A DNA stretch of 64,000 nucleotides from Phaeosaccion multiseriatum (taxonomy: Eukaryota; Protista; Ochrophyta, other classes), in contig OZ218958.1 of NCBI GenBank assembly GCA_965112735.1, positions 1,116,001 through 1,180,000 of the forward strand, in the 5' to 3' direction. This document shows positions 26,684 to 38,806 of the stretch, piece after piece; position 1 is the first letter of the stretch, and each line of letters starts with the position of its first letter. Position numbers and translations under genes: made by a program. The notes below the pieces were generated by a model. The model was not told where the DNA came from. It searched no databases and was given only the letters and a program-made list of their open reading frames with translations.

Positions 26684-29612
26684 ATGGAGGCAGCAGAGGC
26701 GGAGACCTTGCCAAGCGCGCAGAGGAAAAGAAGTGCGGATGTTCGCAGGGCGAAGATTGCGGCTGCGGGCAAGAGAGCAGTGGGCAAAAGTATGGCGCAC
26801 AGTCGGAGCCAGGCTGCTTTGGCCACGATGGATGGAGAAGGAGCGCATGCTGCTGCTTCTCTTGCGAATCCACCGGGCTTGACAGTCAAGCTTGGAACAC
26901 TTGAGGACCCCTCCGCGCACCCTTTCTTGTAAGTTCACAACAGCGGCGATTTCATTGGCGAGAGGGCAGCAGTGGAGGTGGGAGGGGGGCTGTGGAGATG
27001 AGGAGGACTACGGCCTTGTAAGCGAGGAAGCATAGACAAGGGGAATGAGATAGCGCCAGAGCCGGAGCGGGAGGGAGACAGGTAGAAGGAGAGAGAGAGA
27101 GCGTGAGAGCGAGAATGCAGAGAGACACAGTGACTGGGAGAAATGTTGAGAGAGACAGAAGAGAGGGAGAAAGAGAGAGAGGGAAAGAGAGAGAGAAAAC
27201 AGGATCGATAAGAAGTCCCCTACACGCCATCGCTTTAACCCCTCCCCCTTCACTCCCCCTCCATCTCCCCTCTGTCTTCTCGACCCGTGAAGCGGCCGAT
27301 CGGAGCAGACCCTACGCATGTTGAAGGACATTACACACTACGGGTACGGCCAAGACCCCGGCAGCCCCCCCCGGATCAACACGCTGCGTAACGCGCATAC
27401 GATGGGATGCCTTCCCACGCGCAACGACGAAGCGATGGCCACAGGTAAGGAACAAGGTGACAAGGGGACAAGGCAGGACGGAGGGGCCCTGATCGAGGCG
27501 AGACGGGAGACGGGCGGGAGACGAGGGGGGTTGGGTGCGTCAACGTGCTTTTCAATGCGTTGGGGCGGTTATGTGTCTTACAGCCTCCGATCTCGTCGAG
27601 TGTGGTGGAATGTCCAGGGGGTGGCGTATCACGAGGGGGAGGAGCGTATCCGCAGATGAAACAACCCCTCCCCTCCCCCCTCCTCCCCTCCCTCCCCTCC
27701 CCTTCCCTCCCGTCCATTCTTCCAAACTGCCGACCTCACGTAGATCATCCCCTGTTATAGAAGACCCAAGCAACCCGCCGTCTGCCCGCCCCCCCCCCCC
27801 CCCTTCTCATGACCCGTTTCCTACGACACAACCCCGCCCCCTTCTCCTCCCTCCCACCTTCCATCGCTCCATGAGGGTCGAATCGGCATTCGCTATCCCC
27901 ATATGACTGACCGTTTTATCCCCATATGACTGAATGCTCTATACACCAGGAGGAGGAGGAGGAGGAGGAGGAGGAGGAGGAGGAGGAGGAGGAGGAGGAG
28001 GTCCAAGCCTGAGAGCGGCCACGGCAGCAGGAGGAGCACGAGGTGGTGGTAGCAGTCATATGGGCAGGCGTGGCAAAGAGGAGGAGGGCCAGGCGGGGGG
28101 CAAGAAGAGGAGGCGGAAGAGAAGCAAGGGGAGTAGAGGGGGAGGAGACGGGAGGGGAGGTGGGCCTGACGCCAACGACCACGGCGATGGCGATGCCGAC
28201 AGCGAAGACACATGGACGCTTCATAACAAAAGATCGAGCGTGGACGGAGGAGGGGCAGGAGGAAGCATGCTCAGTGCGACCAAGCGGCCTAAGAAGGCGG
28301 AATGGGTTCGGCCTCGAGACATCAAGGTGAGGAGGAAGGAAGGAAGAAAGGAAGGAAGGAAGGAAGGAAGGAAGGAAGGAAGGAAGGAAAGATTTCTCCC
28401 CCCTGCACGCACCCCCCCGTCTCCCCCCCTCTCTTTCTCCTGCATGCATGTGTATATGTGTACACGGGTGCCTGTGTGCTTTCTTTCTTTCTTTCTTTCT
28501 TTCTTACTTTCTTTCTCTTCCTCCTCATGAACAAACAAAACAAAACAAAAAAAGATTTCCGTGACGGAGGCGCGTCACAGCTGGGAGGAAGACGCTCTCG
28601 ACAGACAAGAAATGCGTCTCACCAGAGCAGGGAGAGAAGCCTCCGCCAGGGGAATGCACTCACTCACCCACCTACACCGCCTGCACAAGCGGGGAGACCT
28701 ACAGGGAATGATAAGGGCTCTGCGCACGGCCAGGGACTGCTTCCAGGAGGTGGGTTGGTACAAGTCAGAGGGGTGGGGTGGACCGGGTGGGATGGGTGGG
28801 TGGGTGGAGGGGTGGAGGTGGGTGGACTAGCGAGAGAAGAAGTGATACGCTGGCGACACGTTCGATCCTACTGCGTACATGACCGGCACCCCCCCCCCCA
28901 CCCCCCCGCACCCCCTGGTCTCACAGGCGGGCGACGGCGTCCGAGTGAAGGACGTGGATGCCCAACTGGTGAAGCTGAAGGCGGAGGTGGGATTGGACAA
29001 GGTGGATAAGGCTCGTGCCCGCAGAGACTTTGACGGAATGAAACGCCTCATGGGCGAGGCCCTCTACGACTTTCAGCTGCTCGCCGGTGGGTGTCAGGTC
29101 GTTCGTTTTCAATTTCAGTTCCAGTTTCAGTTTCAGGTTCAGTCAGTTTCAGCTTATGACTGCTTTTCCATGCTGCTTGCTTGCTTGCCTGCTTGCTTGC
29201 CTGCTTGCTTGCCTGCTGACGTTGGGTACGTGTGTGTGCGTGTACAGGCCTGACGCAAATCAGTCGGCACACCACTCTGGTGGACGCCGAGAGGCGTGAG
29301 AGAGACCGAGCCATGTATCTGCGGTTCACCAACCCGTGAGTGTGTATGGGTGTGCGCGTGAGAGAGTGTGTGCCCATCTGGGTGTGCGCGTGTGTGTGCG
29401 AGGGTGTGTGCGCGTGTGTGGGTGTGTGAGTGTGTGTGGGTACGGGCATGGGTGCGGGTGTGGGTGTGGGTGTGGGTGTGGGTGTGTGTATGTGTGGGTG
29501 AGGGTGTGTGGGTGTGTGTGTGTGTGGGTGTGTGTGTGTGTGTGGGTGTGGGTGTGGGTGCGGGTGCTCGTGTGAGTGTATGTGTGGGCGTGTGTAAGTG
29601 GGGAGAGAGGGC

Positions 29613-29647
<35 letters not shown>

Positions 29648-30093
29648 AGGGAGTGCGAGACAGAGAGAGTGAGAGAGACACAGAGTGGGAGAGCAGAGAC
29701 AGGCCAGAAAGAGATAATGTGTGGCAGAGGGAGCTCTGACCATTGCAAACTCACCTATCCCTCCCCCAACTCTCCAATCTTCGGACACTGCTCAACTCTG
29801 CCACTAACTCCGAACCCCCGAAACCGCACCGTCAACCTCCGAAACCTCTCAGCTACCAATGCGCCATGGACTGCGCCCTGCAGGACGGAGCTCAGTCTCA
29901 GGAGGCGGCAGAAAGTGCCATCGACAGGAAGGATTTTGATGCAGCGAGGTCAGTCAGTCTAGGCATGTGGGCAGGCAGTGAGGTAGTCAGTCAAGGTATA
30001 TGGGCAGGCAGGCAGGCAGGCAGACAGGCAGGCAGACAGGCAGGCAGACAGGCAGACAGGCAGACAGGCAGACAGGCACGCACGCACGCAGGA

Positions 30094-30136
<43 letters not shown>

Positions 30137-33100
30137 CAATCAGTCAAAGCATATGGGTAAACAGGCGGCGTCTGTTCTTGTCTCGCTCACGCCACCCCGT
30201 TCTTCTCTCTTCCTCTGTGTGTGTGCATGTGTGTACGCGTGTGTGTGCGTGTGTGCGCGTGTATGTTTATGGCGTTACAGAAAACTCATCGACGACGCTG
30301 CCCAGTGTTTCTCGTGGGCATGCAACCAAGCCGACATCATGGAGCAGCATCATCAGCACCAACACCAACACCAACACCAGAAGAGCTCTTCTGCAGCAGT
30401 TGGTGATGCAGCAGCAGCAGCAGCAGCAGCAACAGCAACAGGAGGAGGAGGAGGGGAGAGCGTGGGCACCGGCACCACCAGCAAGCTCCTCGCCGGCCCA
30501 AAGTCGGCGTCGCTCACCACCTCCGTTGGCGCCGCCGGAGCACCAACGGCTCCGGCTGTGAGTGGTGTGAGCGATGGGGTACAGAGCAAGAGCAGCAGCA
30601 GCAGCAGCAACGGCAACAGCAGTCACCACCAGACAAAGCAGGACTGTCTGCATAAGCTCAGTGGGCTTGAGAAGTTGCGCTCCTCCATTGACGTGAGGGA
30701 GCACATGAATCACGGGGATGGCATTTCGGAGTCTGTCTGTAACCGACTGACTCTGCTGAGCAGCAGCAAGAACTATCAGGCCCTCTTTGAGCAGGTGCGT
30801 ATTTGCAAGGCCTTCTTGGGGGGGAAGGGGGGGGGGGCGAGGATGGACAGATGGCAGTTGATGGTGACGGGGGAGGGGGCGGGAGAGAGGGAGGTGAGAA
30901 CTGGGGTTGGAGGAGAAGAACGCGAAGAGGGAAGGGGGCGGAGGAGGAGGGCGACGAGTACGTGGGGCTGTGAGTTTGACGGGAAATTTGTCCTTCTCCA
31001 CGAGAGCCGTGACTTTAGCACGAGCTTACAGAAGCTCACCGTCCTTCCTCCTCTCCTCCCTCTCCCTCCCTCCCTCCCTCCCTCCCTCCCTCCCTCCCTC
31101 CCTCCCTCCCTCCCTCCCTCCCTCCCTCCCTCCCTCCCTCCCTCCCTCCCTCCCTCCCTCCCTCCCTCCCTCCCTCCCTCCCTCCCTCCCTCCCTCCCTC
31201 CCTCCCTCCCTCCCTCCCTCCCTCCCTCCCTCCCTCCCTCCCTCCCTCCCTCCCTCCCTCCCTCCCTCCCTCCCTCCCTCCCTCTCTCCCTCCCTACCTC
31301 CCTTCCTCCTCCTCCCTCCCTCCCTCCCCCCCCCCCAACCTCTCTTCCCCGCAGCTCTCCAACGCCAACGCCGCCTACCTCCTTGCCAAAGACTCCAATG
31401 GCCAAGACGTGGTCCAACGCGTACGCCGCTGTCTCGAGCAGATTCGGGCCACCGAATTTGCATGGATGGGTGTCGTGGAAGGCCTGCACAAGCGCGATTA
31501 CGATCAAGCCGTGGAAGGCTTGCGTGACGCACGCACCCACATCAGCCGTGCCGCCCGGGCGCTGCCCCAGCAGAGTGCGAACAAGGTGTTGGACAGAGCG
31601 AAGGCGGGCCTCTTTCCGGGCACGCTAACCGCGGAGGAGATGATCGCTGAGATTGCGGTCATTGACGGGTAAGTTTTGTGTGTATGTATGTGTGCGTGCG
31701 TGTGAGCGCGCGCGCGTGTGTGTGTGTGCGTGTGAGTGCGTGTCTGTGTGTGTTTGCCGTCTGCGTTTGTTGTGTGTGCGTGCGTGTGTGTGTTGTGTGT
31801 GTTGTGTGTGTTGTGTGTGGTGTGTGTGCGTGTGTGTATGTGTTTTTGTGTGTGCGTGTGTGTGTGCGTGGGTGTGTGTGTGCGTGCGTGTGAGTGCGTG
31901 TCTGTGTGTGTTTGCCGTCTGCGTTTGTTGTGTGTGCGTGCGTGTGTGTGTTGTGTGTGTTGTGTGTGTTGTGTGTGCGTGTGTGTATGTGTTTTTGTGT
32001 GTGCGTGTGTGTGCGTGCGCTCGCTCGCGGGTGTGTGAGTATGTGCGTGCGTGTGTGCGTCGTTCGTTGTTGCTGCTGTTGCTCTTGTTTTTCTGACTGC
32101 TCGGTCTGTGTCGGTTACGGATCTGAGGGCCTATTTCTTCCTCCCACACCCTTCCTTACTCCACCTCCGCCACCTGCATATCTGTTTACATCCTCAGCTG
32201 TAGAGAGATGGATGTGGCTGCTCGAGCTCTGGACAACGGTTGGCTGGACCAGGCTCAAACCAAGATCACCGCAGCTACGCCGTGTCTCACGTGGGCCCAG
32301 AGAGTAATGGCCAGCATGGCTGCCACGTCTGCACCGGCGGGGGGTGGGGGGGAGGCCAGAGGAGGAGGAGCCTTCGCGAGGGCAGCAGGCTTGAAGGGAC
32401 TCTCTGCGGGAGCTGCGGCGTCGGCTCGGTCGCTGATCAGCAGGAAGGGGAAGGGCAAGGGGAAAGGGGCAAGAAAGGGAGGAGGAGGAGGAGGAGGAGG
32501 AGGAGGAGGAGGAGGAGGAGGAGGAGGAGGAGGAGGAGGAGGAGGAGGAGGAGGAGGAGGAAGCAGCAGTGACTCTGAGCAGAAGCAAGGCGGAGGACGA
32601 GGAGCGGACGAGGAGAGAGCGGCTGCTGCTGCTGCTGCGGCTGCTGCTGCTGCTTCAGACGCCAAAGCCAAGAGCAAGGCTAAAGCAGAGGCGATCGCCG
32701 CCTTTCAGCCCTCTCCAGAGGAGCTCCGAGCGGCGGTGGCGACCCTTGACAGAGTGCGTAAGCTCACACACGTGCCCGTGCCCTCTAAGGGGGTGATGAA
32801 CCTACCCAACTCTGAGGCAAAGACGCGCATGATCACTGCGATGAGCAAGAGCAAGCGGCAGGGGGTGGACGCTTCGGTCAGCAGGTTGGTTGGTTGCTTG
32901 GTTGGGTGGGTTGGTTGGGTGGGTTGGGTGGATGGGTGGGTGGATGGGTGGGTGGATGGGTGGGTGGGTGGGTGGATGGGTGGGTGGATGGGTGGGTGGA
33001 TGGGTGGGTGGATGGGTGGGTGGATGGGTGGGTGGATGGGTGGATGGGTGGGTGGGTGGACGGGTGGGTGGATGGGTGGATGGATGGGCGACGGACGGAC

Positions 33101-33280
33101 CAACGAACCGATCGAATTCGGGCCCTGCGCCCTGGCCTCTATCACCACTGGCCCACACCCTCCTTACCCTCACTCTCTCGCCCTCACCCTCACCCTCACC
33201 CTCACCCTCATCCTCACCCTCACCATCACCCTCACCCTCACCCTCACCCTCGCCCTCACCCTCGCCCTCACCCCCACCCC

Positions 33281-33336
<56 letters not shown>

Positions 33337-33454
33337 TCCTCACCCTCACCATCACCCTCACCCTCACCCTCACCCTCATCGTCACCCCCACCCTCCCCCT
33401 CACCCCCCCCCTCGCCCTCACCCCCACCCTCACCCTCACCCTCACCCTCATCGT

Positions 33455-33486
<32 letters not shown>

Positions 33487-33528
33487 TCCTCACCCTCATC
33501 CTCACCCTCACCCTCACCCTCACCCTCC

Positions 33529-33607
<79 letters not shown>

Positions 33608-36323
33608 CCTAACCTTCCTTACCCGAAGGTTGGGTGAGCTCGGCAAGCAGCTGCTAAGGGCCCGTGCCGTCATCTCTGCGGATGACCAAATGAAGCACTT
33701 TCTCACCTTGGCCAAGGCTGCTGGGGCCACATACGACAACTCAGACATCAGCGCCGACAGAGAGGCGTCGGCAAAGTGTGTGGAGGCGCTGTCCACTGCG
33801 GAGGAGGTGAGGGAATATCTCTCTCTATTGGGTATGAGTGGGAGGGAGTGTCTGTCTCTATTGGGTAGGAGTGGGAGGGAGTGTCTGTCTCTATTGGGTA
33901 GGAGTGGGAGGGAGTGTCTGTCTCTATTGGGTATGAGTGGGAGGGAGTGTGTGTGTGTGCGTGTGTGCCTGCTCTGCATGGGATGGCACTCTATAGACTT
34001 GTTATGGCTGCTGTACTGAACACTTGTTGTTGTGGATGACCAACAGGTGTACATCACGCATGGATATGCGGAGGAAGCAGCGAGGGCCATGCGTCTCAGG
34101 TAACAAAGACCTTCACTTCAATTCACTTCACATCCCTTTATGTGACTAATAATAGCGGAGAGGGCGGAACCCGTTGATACACACACCCATACACTTACAC
34201 ACACACCCATATACCTACACACACACCCATACACCTACACACCCACCCACCCACCCACCCACCCACCCACCCACCCACACAGACACACACATACATCCCT
34301 AAACGCCTAACCCTTCGCGTCAAAATTCCTAACTGAATCTGAAACTTAATTGGCTCCTCGCCGTGCACCAGGGAGGGCCTTCTCGCCAACATCGAGCTTG
34401 CCAATGTCAAGGCCGCGGCGGGGAAGGGGGACTACCCAACCTGCTACGGCCTCATTGACAAGGTGAGTAAAGACGGACTGACTGAGTGAGTGACTCACTC
34501 ACTCACTCACTCACTCACTCACTCACTCACTCACTCACTCACTCACTCACTCACTCACTCACTCACTCACTCACTCACTCACTCACTCACTCACTCACTC
34601 ACTCACTCACTCACTCACTCACTCACTCACTCACTCACTCACTCACTCACTCACTCACTCACTCACTCACTCACTCACTCACTCACTCACTCACTCACTC
34701 ACTCACTCACTCACTCACTCACTCACTCACTCACTCACTCACTCACTCACTCACTCACTCACTCACTCACTCACTCACTCACTCACTCACTCACTCACTC
34801 ACTCACTCACTCACTCACTCACTCACTCACTCACTCACTCACTCACTCACTCACTCACTCACTCACTCACTCACTCACTCACTCACTCACTCACTCACTC
34901 ACTCACTCACTCACTCACTCACTCACTCACTCACTCACTCACTCACTCACTCACTCACTCACTCACTCACTCACTCACTCACTCACTCACTCACTCACTC
35001 ACTCACTCACTCACTCACTCACTCACTCACTCACTCACTCACTCACTCACTCACTCACTCACTCACTCACTCACTCACTCACTCACTCACTCACTCACTC
35101 ACTCACTCACTCACTCACTCACTCACTCACTCACTCACTCACTCACTCACTCACTCACTCACTCACTCACTCACTCACTCACTCACTCACTCACTCACTC
35201 ACTCACTCAAGGCCGAGAGCGGATTCATCAAGGCCGATGATCCAATGAGGCTGCAAATGGCGCGTCAGCTCCGGTACAGGCTGCAAGGTGAGGGTGGATG
35301 GCAGTGGATGGGGTGGGGTTGGGTGGGGTGGCTTGGGGTGGGGAGGGTGGAATAGAGGAGAAGGAGGAGGAGGAGGAGGAGGAGGAGGAGGAGGAGGGGG
35401 AGGAGGAGGAGGGGGAGGAGGAGGAGGAGGAGGAGGGAGGAGGATGATGATGACGATGATGATGAAGAGGAGGAGGAGGAGGATGATGATGATGATGAAG
35501 AGGAGGAGGAGGAGGAGGAGGAGGAGGAGAGGGTATGGTGAAGGATTTTCGTGTCTGGTTGCCATCGGCGCCGCCCGCCTACCCACCCCCTCACCCACTT
35601 ACCTCCCCCCGCCCCACACATACCACACGCGCGCACACACACACTCACACACACCCTGCGTATCACTCTGAAGGGGATGAGATCACGAAGCTGCGGGCCA
35701 AGCCCTCACTTGAGGCGAGGGACTTCGATGGCGCATTGGGGGCCTACAGGGAAGCAGAGGAGGCCTACGCCCTTGCCGGTGAGTGGGTACTTTTGTCGCC
35801 GTTATTCCTAGCATTTCATCACTTGTGTAACATTACGTAATTTCCACGTGTTTGCATATGGTACATATCGCTGCGTTGTCGCCGCTGCGTTCTCTGTAAC
35901 CGTGTTCTGTAACTGTATCGCTTAGCCCCCCCGATTGCTCGCTCATCCTATCGATGCTGTTGTCCCCCGCTGCCAGGCTCGGGCTGTGGCGGTGTTAGTG
36001 ACCCGCTGCAGCTTGTGTTGGAGCACGCCGTCGCCGAGGGAGAGAGACTCAAGGAGGAGGCCTTTCTGCAGGTGAGGCAGTTGGTGATACAGCGAGTGAG
36101 GCAGTTGGTGATACAGGGAGTTCGGCACTTGGTGATGATACAATGAGACGCACTTACCGATACCCCAACCCCCCCCCCCCCCCCACCCCTCTCCCTCCTC
36201 CTCCTCTCTCTCTCCCTCCCTTTCACCTCACCACCACACACCAATACTCACTCTCTCCCTCTCTCTCTCTCTCACACACACACGCGCACACACACACACA
36301 CACATACACATACATACACACAC

Positions 36324-36377
<54 letters not shown>

Positions 36378-36927
36378 GCGAGCGCGCGCACACACACACA
36401 CACACACACATACACCCCAGCTGGAGAAGTACCGCAACGCCACTGCTTCCCGCCAGGCAAGCGACTTGGCTGACCACTGCTTCACATGGGCACAAAGGGG
36501 TAGCGGGGTCCTCGACGTGCTGCAGGTGGGTTCTATTCTATACATGTATATATATAATATATATATATTATATATATATATTATATATAGAGTTGAGGGA
36601 ATCAATCTTAGCATTCCGTAATTGTGTGTGTATGCTGCAGGAGCTTCAGCTTCAAGTTTTTCAACCTATAGGTTCCAATTTCAGGCTGTCTTTGTGTTTG
36701 GGTCTCTTCGTTGGGTGTCTTGGAGCAGTTCAGCTCACTGTAATAGACATTGACGTCTTTCTCGTTTCTTCGCTGTGTTGTCTCTCTTTCTCCCACGTTT
36801 GGTGTCTTACGAAACACTTTCTTTCCTCCTATTCTCCTTTCCCCCCTCTCGCTCTTGCTCTTGTTCGACACTCTACCTTACCAAATCGAAACAAAAACAT
36901 AACAACTTATGTGTATATGTGTTATAA

Positions 36928-36959
<32 letters not shown>

Positions 36960-37237
36960 GTACGCATACATCTCGTGCCATAAGGCGATTGAAATGGCGG
37001 AGGCCTTTTGGAGCGCAGCGGCAATGGTCACCACCATCCACGAAAAGCGCGATGACGCCGACAGGGAGGAGCTCCGAGCCCTCTTGCTTACTGCCAAGGC
37101 CAAATTCACACAGGCGCAAGCCGCCCATGAGGAGCTCATCTCGCAGGTCACAGCCTTCATCGGCGGGCAGAGCGACGGCAGTAATCAGGGTCAGGGTCCG
37201 GGTTCGGGTTCGGGGCAGGGTCTAGGTCCGGGTCAGG

Positions 37238-37275
<38 letters not shown>

Positions 37276-38253
37276 CTGAGCCAGGGTCAGGGTCAGGGTC
37301 AGGAGCTTGGTGGGCTGCCGGGCGGCGGCGGACAGAGCGGGCCGATCGGACAGGGAGGAGGAGGAGGGCAGGGAGGGAGTAAGGGGGGGCCGGATATGAA
37401 GCATGCGTTGTGGCTGCAAGATCGGCTCAACTCTCTCTACAGCAGCTGCACAGATGGACGGGCGGCCGGACAGGTGAGGGGTGGGGGAGGGAGGGGAGGG
37501 GAGGGAGGGAGGGAGGGAGGGAGAGAGTTTCCCCATCCACTGCTATCCAACCACTGCGACCCCTCCCCACCCCCCCTGCCCCCTCCCTTCCCCATCCGCT
37601 ACCATGCACTTCCTTTCATCCATCCACTGCCATCCATCCTTCCCAGGTGGATCGCATGCTGGACCTACTCTCCGCGGACGCCAACCTCGATGGCCTTGCG
37701 CGCCTCATGGACTACGGCCTCTTCGAAGATGCTCGAGCCCTCCTTCGCTCTGCCAAGGACATCTACGGAAGGCTTGGAGACCCCGTTCGGATAGACAAGC
37801 TTGAAGCCATTGAAGGTGAGTGATTGCTTGGCTAGTGGTCAGTAAGTCAGTGAGGAACTGGGTGGTAGTGGCTAGTGCCGGTTAGTGTAGTAAGTCAGTG
37901 AGGAACATCATCCCCAGTGGCAAGGGGTGGGTGGGAGTTGAGTGAGCTTGAGGCCATCGCAGGCGAGTGTGAGTGTGAGTGTGAGTGTGAGTGTGAGTGT
38001 GAGTGTGAGTGTGAGTGTGAGTGTGAGTGTGAGTGTGAGTGCTATTGCTAGTGTGGAGGCCAGTGGGTCAGTGCCTGGTGTCGGGGAGGGAGAGAGGGGA
38101 GGCAGGGAGGCAGGGAGGGAGGGAGAGAGGGAGGGAGAGAGGGAGGGAGGGATGGATGTAGGGACGCGACCCGCACGCCCACTCCACTCCATGCCCACCC
38201 GCCCCCCTTCCCCACCTCTACACCCCACCTCACCCTCATCCTCATCCTCACCC

Positions 38254-38293
<40 letters not shown>

Positions 38294-38295
38294 CC

Positions 38296-38347
<52 letters not shown>

Positions 38348-38349
38348 CC

Positions 38350-38419
<70 letters not shown>

Positions 38420-38497
38420 CCACACCCTTACCCTCACCCTCACCCTCACCCTCATCCTCATCCTCACCCACACCCTCACCCTCACCCTCACCCTCAC

Positions 38498-38533
<36 letters not shown>

Positions 38534-38553
38534 TCCTCATCCTCACTCTCACT

Positions 38554-38584
<31 letters not shown>

Positions 38585-38711
38585 TCACCCTCATCCTCAT
38601 CCTCACTCTCACCCTCACCCTCACCCTCACCCTCATCCTCATCCTCACTCTCACCCTCATCCTCATCCTCACTCTCACCCTCACCCTCACCCTCATCCTC
38701 ACTCTCACCCC

Positions 38712-38758
<47 letters not shown>

Positions 38759-38760
38759 TT

Positions 38761-38806
<46 letters not shown>

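Noticed and set aside
34486-35355. Long ORFs such as (SLTH)n, (PPSL)n, (LT)n, (PTYL)n here and elsewhere
   Set aside because: These are translations of intronic microsatellites that lack stop codons.
36078-36115. GATACAG resemblance of the dispersed 13-mer to U6 snRNA, and TATCACC to phage operator half-sites
   Set aside because: Only 7-nt matches, explainable by chance; no snRNA gene structure present.
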